Below, piece by piece: positions 1-8,797 of a DNA stretch of 64,000 nucleotides. Within the stretch, counting starts at the first letter, position 1; each line of letters begins with the position of its first letter. A program made the position numbers and the translations under genes. Location: NCBI GenBank assembly GCA_965601925.1, contig OZ271854.1, positions 320,001 through 384,000 of the forward strand, written 5' to 3'. The DNA comes from Alkalispirochaeta sp. (GTDB taxonomy: Bacteria; Spirochaetota; Spirochaetia; DSM-27196; Alkalispirochaetaceae). Under the pieces are notes generated by a model that did not search any database, was not told where the DNA came from, and saw only the letters and a program-made list of their open reading frames with translations.

Positions 1-1221
1 GATACGACGCCCGATTCCCAACTCCTCGTAGTGCGAATCGACCGCGAGGGCGGCGATTTCCGCCTCGCCGTTGGCGTACTCGTGGAGCGCTCCGCATCCG
101 TGAATACGACCGTCGGTCTCGTGTACGACGAAGTCACGGTATCGTGCCGCGATATCGTCGGGAGACCGCGCCACGAGCACGCCGCTCGCCGCCAACGGTT
201 GTAGAAGATCGTGAACCTTTCCGACGTCTTCCAGCCGCATCGGTCGAATGCTCTGATACACGTTGCTGTGCACCATGGTACCGACTCCCCGGTCGCTGAA
301 GACCTCGACGAGCACGACACCCTCTCTGCCGCCGTCGACGATATGGACGCGATTGACCGTCGCTCTCGCGGCCAAATAGGCGAGACGGAGATACTCCAAA
401 TGTTCCCGACGACCCTCGTGATATCCGCTCGGTTCGATTCTATCGTCCACTCCCGCCTCGTCCGCGGACGCGACGGAGGGTTCGTCGGTGGGAGCGGCTA
501 TACCGTTATGGGCAAGTACCAGACCGGCCTCCTCCACGGTGAGACGGTTGATACGCCCCGAGTCGGCGTAGTCGATGTCGCGCGGTAACTCGATGTCGTC
601 GTCACCGATCCCCATGTGGTCGGTGACGAAAAAGAGCTTGTCCGCCTCAATGCTCACGGCGATACGAAAGGCGAGCTCTCGCGAGGAGATGTTGTACGGT
701 TTACCGGTCGCGCTCCACCCGATACACGGGAAGATGGGGATGATCTCCTGGAGGAGCGTCGAGCGCAACAGATCGAGTCGAACTCGCTCCACGACGCCCG
801 CCTGATCGTAGTCGACGCCGTCGACAACGCCGATACCCCGCGCCCGCACCCAGTTGCCTACGACGGCGTTGGCGTGGTTGGCGCTAAGAAGCGTCATAAA
901 CCGGTTGGTCACGTCGAAGGCGGCCATCTTGATAAAGGGAATCGACTCCGCCGAGGCGATACGTATTCCGCGCTCGCGACGCCAGGTGACGTTGTATCTC
1001 GCCAGCACCTCGTCGATCCGTTGGCGCGCCCCTGGGACCAAAATAATGCGAATACCGGCCTGGTGGAGCAGCGCAACATCCTGTACGAGCGCGTTGATAC
1101 CGGCCCCCTCGACCGCGGCGTAGTCCACGTGGATGACGAACGTCTTTCCGCGAAATCGATGCGCATAGGTAAAAACTTGGCGTATAAGATCGACCTGATC
1201 GATGATGTCGGAGCTGTTCAT
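1..1221 (-). CDS. argA: Amino-acid N-acetyltransferase (N-acetylglutamate synthase), 3' end runs off the window
   Basis: Not in the ORF track because there is no stop in the window. Manual translation from ATG 1221 gives MNSSDIIDQVDLIRQVFTYAHRFRGKTFVIH...PCIGWSATGKPYN...VRRVHIIDG...EVFSDRGVGTMV...GCGALHEY...AEIAALAV, i.e. an amino-acid-kinase-like domain plus a GNAT domain. Confidence 0.88.
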   Translation of the reverse strand, partial: MNSSDIIDQVDLIRQVFTYAHRFRGKTFVIHVDYAAVEGAGINALVQDVALLHQAGIRIILVPGARQRIDEVLARYNVTWRRERGIRIASAESIPFIKMAAFDVTNRFMTLLSANHANAVVGNWVRARGIGVVDGVDYDQAGVVERVRLDLLRSTLLQEIIPIFPCIGWSATGKPYNISSRELAFRIAVSIEADKLFFVTDHMGIGDDDIELPRDIDYADSGRINRLTVEEAGLVLAHNGIAAPTDEPSVASADEAGVDDRIEPSGYHEGRREHLEYLRLAYLAARATVNRVHIVDGGREGVVLVEVFSDRGVGTMVHSNVYQSIRPMRLEDVGKVHDLLQPLAASGVLVARSPDDIAARYRDFVVHETDGRIHGCGALHEYANGEAEIAALAVDSHYEELGIGRRI

Positions 1222-1303
1222 CCCGCAGTCAGTCTATCCGAAAGGCGGGAAGCGTTTCCACAATCCCGCGTGGCGGTCGATATCGAGTCGATAGGAGGAG
1301 CGG

Positions 1304-2656
1304 TTAAAATCGTGTACCGAGTCCGATGCCGATCATGGACCACGAGCGAACGCTGTTGTCGTCGACGAAGGCGAACCACGAAGTGCGCAGCGAGACTCGC
1401 GCCGCTCCGACGAGCCCGAATCCTAACTCGGTGGAAAATCCGAAGGCGGGATACCAGTCCGTCTCCTCGTCGATATTATCGGTCAACGGAATGTGAACCG
1501 CGCTTCTTACCAATGCGACGCCGCCCGAGGCCCGAATCAGGAGGTCGACGCCAGAGGCGGGACCGACGACGTAACCGGTCGTTCCCATGAATCGCGTGAG
1601 GTCGTACTCGATATCCAGCTCTACGCCGCTTTCCAAGAAGGAACTCTCACCGTAGGCGATTCCCACCTCGGTGCCGACGAGGAGACCGGGAACGAACGCC
1701 CCGGTCACCATCGCTCTGGCGGTAACCGAGATCGCATCGGCGTTCTCGAACATCGAAAGTCCGGTCGAGGGTATTGCGTAGGCCGTCTCGATGTCGAGAA
1801 TTGCACCCGGCCGGTGCTCATCGACGGCACGCGACGACTCGTCCGACGGTCGGGACGGATCTCGCAGTGCAAATCGGATATCGATGAAGTCGTCGTCCCG
1901 GAGGGTCACCTCTCGCCGTCCGACGACATACTCCAACCGCTCGTCTCTCACACGAACGTCGATCTCGTACTCGCCGACGGGAAGTTCTATTTCTCCGATA
2001 TTGGTTCCCAAAAGCGTATCGTTCGCGTAGACGTAGTAATCATCTCGGAGGCCGGTGTTGGTAAAACGCAAACGGGCGAACCCCGGAAAGAGCGCCGCTA
2101 CCTCCCGAGACACCATGTCCGCGACCTCGTCCGCCACGGCAAACCGGTCGCCGTCCGTGGGAAGAACCTCGACGCCCGACCAACGGAAGCGCTCACCGTC
2201 CCACACGTCGAACTCGATGCTCAACCCGCGATCGCGACGACTGACGAGCGTAAGAAACACCGTTGCATCGGCGATCGGAACGTCAACCGCACGCACCGAC
2301 GCGACGTACTCTTCGGGTGTCGTTTGACCGCCTATTCGTGCGATTTCGTAGCGCTGCTGCGTTCTCAGGCGTCCTTCCACCGTCGATTGCAGCAGACGTA
2401 CGGCGTTCGTCTGGGCGTCGTCCAACGCCGCGGTATCGACCGTCGAGAAGATCACGTCCACCGTCGGCCGAATACCGTCGTGTCGCGACTGTTGGCCCCA
2501 AGCCGAAGGCGGACGTACTCCCGCGGCGACGAAGCAGAGAATACACAGCGCATATCCACGAAGTAGTGGTCGCATCGTCCTGTTAATGTAGCACAGCCCG
2601 TTTTGATTTACATCGCATCGTCCGACCCCTTCCCTTAAGAATAGTGCGATCTTCAC
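1304..2656 (-). CDS. Hypothetical exported/outer-membrane protein (PEGA-like middle region, possible C-terminal beta-barrel)
   Basis: 450-aa ORF. A signal-peptide-like stretch follows MRPLLRG (true start probably ~2575). The C-terminal region has alternating beta-strand patterns and ends in Phe (IGIGLGTRF). Confidence 0.6.
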   Translation of the reverse strand: MKIALFLREGVGRCDVNQNGLCYINRTMRPLLRGYALCILCFVAAGVRPPSAWGQQSRHDGIRPTVDVIFSTVDTAALDDAQTNAVRLLQSTVEGRLRTQQRYEIARIGGQTTPEEYVASVRAVDVPIADATVFLTLVSRRDRGLSIEFDVWDGERFRWSGVEVLPTDGDRFAVADEVADMVSREVAALFPGFARLRFTNTGLRDDYYVYANDTLLGTNIGEIELPVGEYEIDVRVRDERLEYVVGRREVTLRDDDFIDIRFALRDPSRPSDESSRAVDEHRPGAILDIETAYAIPSTGLSMFENADAISVTARAMVTGAFVPGLLVGTEVGIAYGESSFLESGVELDIEYDLTRFMGTTGYVVGPASGVDLLIRASGGVALVRSAVHIPLTDNIDEETDWYPAFGFSTELGFGLVGAARVSLRTSWFAFVDDNSVRSWSMIGIGLGTRF

Positions 2657-2999
2657 ACGTTTTCGCTATCGCTTCCATTGTTATATCGGCCGTTTTGAGT
2701 GCTACCGCGACGCTCGTTGTCCGTCGCAATGCCGACCGGGCATGAAAAGAGCGTATCCTTTTAGTCGGTGAGTACGTGAAGACCTCGCGGCTCGGCCACG
2801 GCGCACTATGAGTACCAACGCGTTGGAGACGCGTACCGGCGGCGCGCTGCGGGGTCTCCCGGGCGAGGTCGCGCATACGACCGAGTGGGAGCTCGACGAA
2901 GCCTCCAAACATTGACACGAGAACACTCCGCGCCCTTGTCATTTAAAGTCCGGTGTGTTAATTTATATATATAGTTTTTAATATTTGAGGGGTAACAGA

Positions 3000-3356
3000 A
3001 TGACCGAGAGTTTGACGAAGCAGTCTTTCATAGAGAAGGTCTTCAACTACGAAGATAATACAGAGTGGAAGTACGAGGGTACCAAGCCGGCGATCATCGA
3101 TTTCTACGCCGATTGGTGCGGACCGTGCAAAATGGTCGCTCCCATTCTGGAAGAGTTATCCGAGGAGTACGCCGACAAGGTCACCGTCTATAAAGTAGAC
3201 ACGGACGCCGAGCAGGAGCTTGCGTCGGTATTCGGCATCCAGAGCATTCCGTCGATGCTGTTCGTACCGGTAGACGACAAGCCGCAAATGGCGGTGGGGG
3301 CTCTCCCCAAGGACAACATCAAACAAGCGATGAAAGACGTCCTGAAAATCGACTGA
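3000..3356 (+). CDS. trxA: Thioredoxin
   Basis: DFYADWCGPCK active site; ATG at 3000 after a GAGGGG RBS. Confidence 0.95.
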   Translation: MTESLTKQSFIEKVFNYEDNTEWKYEGTKPAIIDFYADWCGPCKMVAPILEELSEEYADKVTVYKVDTDAEQELASVFGIQSIPSMLFVPVDDKPQMAVGALPKDNIKQAMKDVLKID

Positions 3357-3377
3357 GCGCTGTGCGCGCAGCGGTTA

Positions 3378-3403
3378 GGGTCGCCTGCGGGCGGCCCTTT
3401 TTT
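3378..3403 (+). terminator. Rho-independent terminator of trxA
   Basis: GGGTCGCC-TGCG-GGCGGCCC hairpin followed by TTTTTT. Confidence 0.85.
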
Positions 3404-3553
3404 ATTGTTCGAGACGGCCGCACCTCGGCACGAAGGCGATTCGCACTATCTCGCATCGGATTGTTCTTGCTGGGGCGAGTTCAATTCTTGTATGATCGGA
3501 GCACGTGAAGGATCTACCCCATCCACGCCTACCGACTCGCATGAGCCCTATTC

Positions 3554-4810
3554 ATGGTTGAAATAACGATCGTCGTGATCTTACTGATCATCTCGGGCGC
3601 TTACTCCGGTACGGAGGTCGCCTTTACGTCGCTTACCGTCGATCAAATAGAGCGCATCAAGCGCAAATACGGGAAACGCGGCAAGCTCACCGCGCAACTC
3701 CACGATGAGCTTGATCTCGTTCTGACCTCAATCACCATCGGCAATAATCTCGCGAACCTGGCCGCCTCGGCACTCGTGTCGGCCTTTACCATTCGCATGT
3801 TCGGCGAAGCGTGGCTCATGGCGTCGACCGGCGTCCTGACGCTCCTGGTGCTCATCTTCGGCGAGGTCACGCCCAAGCAGATCGGCATTCTGCACAATGA
3901 GTACGTGACCGTACACCTCTCCCGGTTTTTGCGATTCTTCTCCTACCTATTTGCACCGCTCATCTGGTTGATTCGTCGGATCAGTAACGCCCTCACTCGT
4001 CTCACCGGGGGTAGAGCGCGCCCCAAAGTAACCGCGGAGGGCCTCCGACACTTAGCCCAGTATGCGGGTAGCACCGGCGTACTCAACAAAATGCACGCAT
4101 CCATCGTCAAAAACGTGATTCGCTCCCACGACGTTCGCGTCGAAGCGGTGATGACTCACCGAACGCGGATCGTGAGTCTGGATAAGCGCACGACGGCCCG
4201 TGAGGCCCTTCCGACGCTGTTGGAGTCGGGATTCTCGCGCGTTCCGGTCTATGACGGCGATCCTGAACGTATCGTCGGGATTGTATTGCTTCGCGATATC
4301 GCGCAAGCGGTGCTGGATCGGGAGCATACGGCTGATATTCCGCTCGCGCGGCTCATGGTCGGACCATTGTACGTGTCGGAGACGCGGACACTTCACCAGG
4401 TACTCACCCAGCTACAGCAGGAGCACATAAACATGGCCATCGTACTGGACGAGTACGGCGGACTCGCCGGGATAGTCACCAGAGAGGATCTGGTGGAGGA
4501 GTTCGTCGGAGAGCTCTACGATGAGAACGAGGACGAGAAGCAACAGCTTGTGGCTCGATTAAGCGACGGCGAGCTGCGTATCGCCGGAAACGCGGCGCTT
4601 CACGTCGTGAACGATCATCTCGACACCCAACTGCCCAACGTCGGTGAGGCGCAGACGCTCGGAGGCTACATCACCGAACAGATCGGTCGCATCCCGGCGG
4701 TACACGAGGAGCTCCACATACCTCAGGGGACCTTCACGATTACCGAAGTCAGCGGCAATAGGGTCGTAACGGTACGATTTCGTCGCGCGGCGGCGCCCGA
4801 GCAAGAGTAA
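3554..4810 (+). CDS. Hemolysin-family CNNM(DUF21)-CBS-CorC/HlyC membrane protein
   Basis: N-terminal TM region (SGTEVAF, IGNNLAN, GEVTPKQ), CBS pair (GFSRVPVY, DEYGGLAGIVT.EDL.EE.VGE), C-terminal CorC domain (TLGGYI). Confidence 0.9.
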   Translation: MVEITIVVILLIISGAYSGTEVAFTSLTVDQIERIKRKYGKRGKLTAQLHDELDLVLTSITIGNNLANLAASALVSAFTIRMFGEAWLMASTGVLTLLVLIFGEVTPKQIGILHNEYVTVHLSRFLRFFSYLFAPLIWLIRRISNALTRLTGGRARPKVTAEGLRHLAQYAGSTGVLNKMHASIVKNVIRSHDVRVEAVMTHRTRIVSLDKRTTAREALPTLLESGFSRVPVYDGDPERIVGIVLLRDIAQAVLDREHTADIPLARLMVGPLYVSETRTLHQVLTQLQQEHINMAIVLDEYGGLAGIVTREDLVEEFVGELYDENEDEKQQLVARLSDGELRIAGNAALHVVNDHLDTQLPNVGEAQTLGGYITEQIGRIPAVHEELHIPQGTFTITEVSGNRVVTVRFRRAAAPEQE

Positions 4811-4952
4811 ATATCGTCGATTCGACCGATCGGAACGCTCTCACAAGCTCACGAAATCGTCACGCCGCACAGGCGGCGCAATCCCTTGGAACGAGAGCCG
4901 TGCCGTGCGATCTCGACCGCTTTTGAAAGGCGGCAAATTAATCGTTTGCACA

Positions 4953-4981
4953 TTGATAATGCGTCCGCGGTGAGATAATAT
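4953..4981 (+). promoter_or_regulatory. Putative sigma70 promoter upstream of a short non-coding transcript
   Basis: TTGATA (4953-4958), 17-bp spacer, TAATAT (4976-4981) in an AT-rich patch. Confidence 0.45.
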
Positions 4982-4987
4982 TTGCAC

Positions 4988-5095
4988 TATATTGGGAGTC
5001 GGCGGTGTCGACGCTGTACGACGCCGGCGACCCGGGCCACCTGATCTTTGTTTTCTCCCCTCTCAGGTTTACCTCCTTTCCTGAGAGGGTTTTTT
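4988..5095 (+). ncRNA. Candidate small RNA with two hairpins, the terminator loop carrying CCTCCT
   Basis: Upstream promoter, 5' hairpin at ~4998-5031, perfect terminator at 5058-5095, and no convincing ORF. Confidence 0.4.
5058..5095 (+). terminator. Rho-independent terminator
   Basis: CCCTCTCAGG / CCTGAGAGGG perfect 10-bp stem, 12-nt loop TTTACCTCCTTT, followed by a T-tract. Confidence 0.85.
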
Positions 5096-5126
5096 CTTTT
5101 CCGACCCATACCGTTACATTGAACGG

Positions 5127-5906
5127 GTGAAAGAGTCGAATAGTGCGGTAATCATCGGCGCTTCGCGCGGAATCGGGCTCGCGCTGGCGCGAGAGTTTTT
5201 GTTGCACGACTGGAAGGTGTGCGCCGTGGCGCGGGATCCCGGTGTCGCGACGTTGGAAGAGCTCAACCGGGAATACCCGAACGCACTAATGCGCTATCAC
5301 GCCGACGTTCTCCACCAGGAGACGTTGGATACCGCCTCCCGCGCCGTGGCGCGCGACAACCCACACGGGATCGACATATTGGTCAATAACGCCGGCGTGC
5401 TCCCGACCCGGAAGCACATCGCCGTGGAGTCCTACGACCCCGACGAGATGTCGGAAACCTTCGACGTCAACACCGCGGGCGTGATGCGATCGTGCCACTC
5501 CTTTGCACCGATTCTCGGTAGGCCGCAAGTCGCACCGGACACTGAAGCCGTCCCGTCGGACCGCGACGAAGACACCGTTCGCACCGGAACCGTCCCCAGC
5601 GCTCGGATCGTCAATATCACATCGATCATGGGGAGTCTCGCCGAGGTCGACTCACCGCGAAATTACGCCTACTCGGTGAGCAAGGCGGCGCTCAACATGC
5701 TGACGCGCATTCTCCATCACGAGTTTCTGCCTCGAGGGATCGGGGTATTGGCGCTCCACCCCGGCTGGGTCCGTACCGACATGGGAGGGCCCGAAGCGCA
5801 CTTTTCGGTGGAAGAGTCCGCAGCCGGTCTCTACGCTCAGATGACGACCTGGCGCTTCGGCGATCCCGAGCTGTTGGACTTTCGCGGGCGTCCGTTACGT
5901 TGGTAA
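5127..5906 (+). CDS. Short-chain dehydrogenase/reductase (C-factor/carbonyl reductase-like)
   Basis: GASRGIG, NNAG, YSVSK and HPGWVRTDMGG motifs. Confidence 0.9.
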   Translation: MKESNSAVIIGASRGIGLALAREFLLHDWKVCAVARDPGVATLEELNREYPNALMRYHADVLHQETLDTASRAVARDNPHGIDILVNNAGVLPTRKHIAVESYDPDEMSETFDVNTAGVMRSCHSFAPILGRPQVAPDTEAVPSDRDEDTVRTGTVPSARIVNITSIMGSLAEVDSPRNYAYSVSKAALNMLTRILHHEFLPRGIGVLALHPGWVRTDMGGPEAHFSVEESAAGLYAQMTTWRFGDPELLDFRGRPLRW

Positions 5907-6023
5907 CGGTGCGGAGTGAACGTGGCGGGCGACGACCGAGCCGACTCGGCGGTTGGAGCGTGAACGCGATGCATAGGCGCACGGGCCGATGCGCCGATCG
6001 CGAAACGACGGGCTCGCGGGCCG

Positions 6024-6830
6024 CTACTCCGTCGCTCCCATTACGCGACGAAACACTTCCAGCGCCTCCTCGATCGGCGGGAGGTAGGGGTGCCACTTTC
6101 GTTCCCACTCCAGGCAGTACCACCCGGAAAAACCGGACGTCTCGGTAAGGGCGCGAATCTCCGCGAGCGGTACGATTCCCTCTCCGGGCAGGCACAGAGT
6201 CTTTTTATCGCCTTGCATCGGATGCTCGTCTTTGAGATGGAGATATCCCACCCGTTCACGTACTCGGTTCCATCCCTCGGCGGCCGTCTCATCGGTCCTC
6301 ATGAGGGAATGGGCGGCGTCCCACAACACGCCCAAAGAGGGGTGCCGGGCCCGATCGAGAAGACTCATCACTTCCGATGTAGAGCTGACGGTGTCGTGAC
6401 TCTCCATGAGGACGGTGACGCCGTAGGTCGCGCACCGTTCCGCCGCCTCGAGAAGCGCCCCGGCCGCCGAGTCGTAGTAGTCGCGCGCCTCACCGTCCGT
6501 TTTGCCGCCCCCCATGAAGGTCCTCACAAAGGACGCTCCCAGGTCGGAGGCGAGCTTCGCGTACTCGACGAGCTCCGAGACCTGGGCGGCTAAGGCGTCG
6601 GCGGAATCCTGTGCGAATCTGGTGTACGCAGTCACCGCAATGATCTCTACACCGGCGTCCCGGAAGCTCTCGCGCACGCTTCGCCGTTCGTCGGCGCTCA
6701 TCGAGGGGTGGACGTGCTCCCCTTGCGTTCCGCGAAGCTCCACACCGCCGTAACGGTGACGAGAGGCCACTTCGGGCAGCTTCTCAACGGCGATCTCCGG
6801 ACATCCCAGGCTGGAAAATGCGAGTTTCAT
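6024..6830 (-). CDS. Sugar phosphate isomerase/epimerase (xylose-isomerase-like TIM barrel)
   Basis: MKLAFSSLGCP start overlaps the upstream stop (ATGA); ESHD, WDAAH, HLKD and LEWE metal ligands. Confidence 0.85.
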   Translation of the reverse strand: MKLAFSSLGCPEIAVEKLPEVASRHRYGGVELRGTQGEHVHPSMSADERRSVRESFRDAGVEIIAVTAYTRFAQDSADALAAQVSELVEYAKLASDLGASFVRTFMGGGKTDGEARDYYDSAAGALLEAAERCATYGVTVLMESHDTVSSTSEVMSLLDRARHPSLGVLWDAAHSLMRTDETAAEGWNRVRERVGYLHLKDEHPMQGDKKTLCLPGEGIVPLAEIRALTETSGFSGWYCLEWERKWHPYLPPIEEALEVFRRVMGATE

Positions 6831-8797
6831 GGCGTATCGTACACCGCCCACGGCCGGTCGCGATAGACGTCGATCCGCCGGGAATGCGCGCCCATACGCA
6901 CCTCATACCCGTTCTCGAGGACCGTAAACGTCGGCGGTGCGGCGTCGGAGCGCCCCTCGTACGGATACGCCAGGGCATGAAAGGTCGTAGAGCCCGCCGC
7001 GACGCGCCGAAACCGCAACTCCGGCGCCGGCTCTTTGATGTCGTAGTACGGGCAGTGCCACCCCCGGATCGGATCCTCCTGTCCGTGAAAGTAGCTCGAT
7101 ACGACCTCACCGTCTCCTTCGGCGGCGGCGCACACCATCCATAGGTTGGCATCGGGAAAGTCGGTCGTCCACGCACCGCGCTCCCGTTCGATGAGGGCTC
7201 CCTCGCGATAATGCCAGACTTGCTCGTAGGTGTGCTCCCCGCGACTCTCCATATCGTCTCGTATGATCCAAAAGTACGGCTTTGCGAAAAAGACGGTACG
7301 CCGATGGACTACGTCGTCGACGATGAGCTCCTTGGTCGTAGTGATTCCGGAGCTGAGCAGGAGCTTCTCGTCGGTCTGTGTCCGCTCCACACCGTACCCG
7401 GCCGAAAAGGTCGCCGCGGCGTAGTCGAACGTTCGCGAGGAGGTCATCGTACCGGTTGCGTCCCCGGGGACTTGGCAGTAGCCGTCGACAAGCACCGCGT
7501 TGTACGCCTCGGTGGTCTTAAAGTAGCGTGCCCAGCCCATCCACGGCGCGGAGGGGTCGCTCGTCGTATATCGCCAGCGCCCGGATGCGACGAGAAAGTT
7601 CCTCCCGTACGCCGATATCTCGACGTGGAGTTGATCCTCGTTCATGTGGTTGTCGCCCCACCGTCCCATATCGAAGAAGAGGTACGGTGAGCGCTCCGTC
7701 CAGTCGCCGCGCATAATCGCGATCCCGGAGGAGGGGTAGTAGTATGAGGTGTGCTCCGGCGCCGTGCCGGCGACGCCCTCGCTCAGCCGGTATCGGAAGT
7801 CCGCGAGGTCGAAAAAGCGATCGATTCGCTCGATCTGCTCACGACGGTTGGTACGCGAGTTGGAATCATTGGTGACCGGGACGGAGTAGTCCGGTTTTTG
7901 CTGGTAAAGCTCCGCTCGAGAGGTCACCAGAAGCCACTCGGCGTATTCCGGCGGAAAGAGATCGCCGTAGCCGTTATTCCCCGCAACCTCATAAAAGGCG
8001 AAGAAGCTCCGCATGGCGACCCAGTGGTAGGCGCCCGACATCTCTTTGGAGTATCCGTCGGCGTGAAAGAGTACGTCCCACATTCCCATCAGAAACTCCA
8101 CGGCGTAGGTCCGCCACGCCGGAGCGTCGGAGAAGTCGAAAAAGAAGGTACCGATGATACCGAGCGCGGCTACCTCCAACGTCGCGTGGTTGCCGGTCTT
8201 CCAGTGGCGCTTTCGCAGGAAACGGGCGTGCTCGTGAACGGAGAGCAGGATGACGCCCCACCGTTCCGGCGTCATTGCCGGGGATGAGATGACCCGCGCC
8301 AGGGCTACCGGCCAGTTCTCCGCCGCACGCCCCGCCGCCTCGAATGGGCGCCAGGTCGACCTCTTGTACTCCAAATACGGCTTTCCGTCGGGGTCGAAGG
8401 GCGGCACACGCTCGATGTAGTCGAGCATGTGCTCCACCACGGTCCGCGCGTACTTCTCGTCGCCGGTCTCGCGATAGGCGTCGGCGAGGAGCATGAAGTA
8501 CCCGTGGCGTACCAGTCCGCCGTTCCACTCCAAGTCGCCCGAGGGTGTCCCGTACCAGTTCAGCCCACCCGACATATCGAGCGTCTCCTGCCCGAGGTGA
8601 AAGAGACCCTCTACAAAGTGGTCGGCGGCCTCCTCGTCATCGTCGTGGTGCATAATCGGCCCCACCTCGTCCTGGCGATACGATCCCACTCGGCGCGGGA
8701 GCTCGCGACGGTAGTAGTCCAACACCGCCTCCAAGGTGTCGAAGGGGTGCGACACAACGGCGTTGATCCCTCCTAAAATGTCGCCGAATCTACTCAT
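6827..8797 (-). CDS. Heparinase II/III-family polysaccharide lyase (PL12-like)
   Basis: N-terminal alpha-helical domain (GNH, E.S..YHW) and C-terminal heparinase II/III domain (MRGDW, H...DQL, AYNAVLVDG). Start refined to ATG 8797 with a GGAGG RBS, overlapping the GH2 stop. Confidence 0.8.
   Translation of the reverse strand: MSRFGDILGGINAVVSHPFDTLEAVLDYYRRELPRRVGSYRQDEVGPIMHHDDDEEAADHFVEGLFHLGQETLDMSGGLNWYGTPSGDLEWNGGLVRHGYFMLLADAYRETGDEKYARTVVEHMLDYIERVPPFDPDGKPYLEYKRSTWRPFEAAGRAAENWPVALARVISSPAMTPERWGVILLSVHEHARFLRKRHWKTGNHATLEVAALGIIGTFFFDFSDAPAWRTYAVEFLMGMWDVLFHADGYSKEMSGAYHWVAMRSFFAFYEVAGNNGYGDLFPPEYAEWLLVTSRAELYQQKPDYSVPVTNDSNSRTNRREQIERIDRFFDLADFRYRLSEGVAGTAPEHTSYYYPSSGIAIMRGDWTERSPYLFFDMGRWGDNHMNEDQLHVEISAYGRNFLVASGRWRYTTSDPSAPWMGWARYFKTTEAYNAVLVDGYCQVPGDATGTMTSSRTFDYAAATFSAGYGVERTQTDEKLLLSSGITTTKELIVDDVVHRRTVFFAKPYFWIIRDDMESRGEHTYEQVWHYREGALIERERGAWTTDFPDANLWMVCAAAEGDGEVVSSYFHGQEDPIRGWHCPYYDIKEPAPELRFRRVAAGSTTFHALAYPYEGRSDAAPPTFTVLENGYEVRMGAHSRRIDVYRDRPWAVYDTP

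Noticed and set aside
211..1590. Plus-strand ORFs of 125 and 324 aa
   Set aside because: Antisense shadows of argA, which the ORF track missed because it runs off the window.
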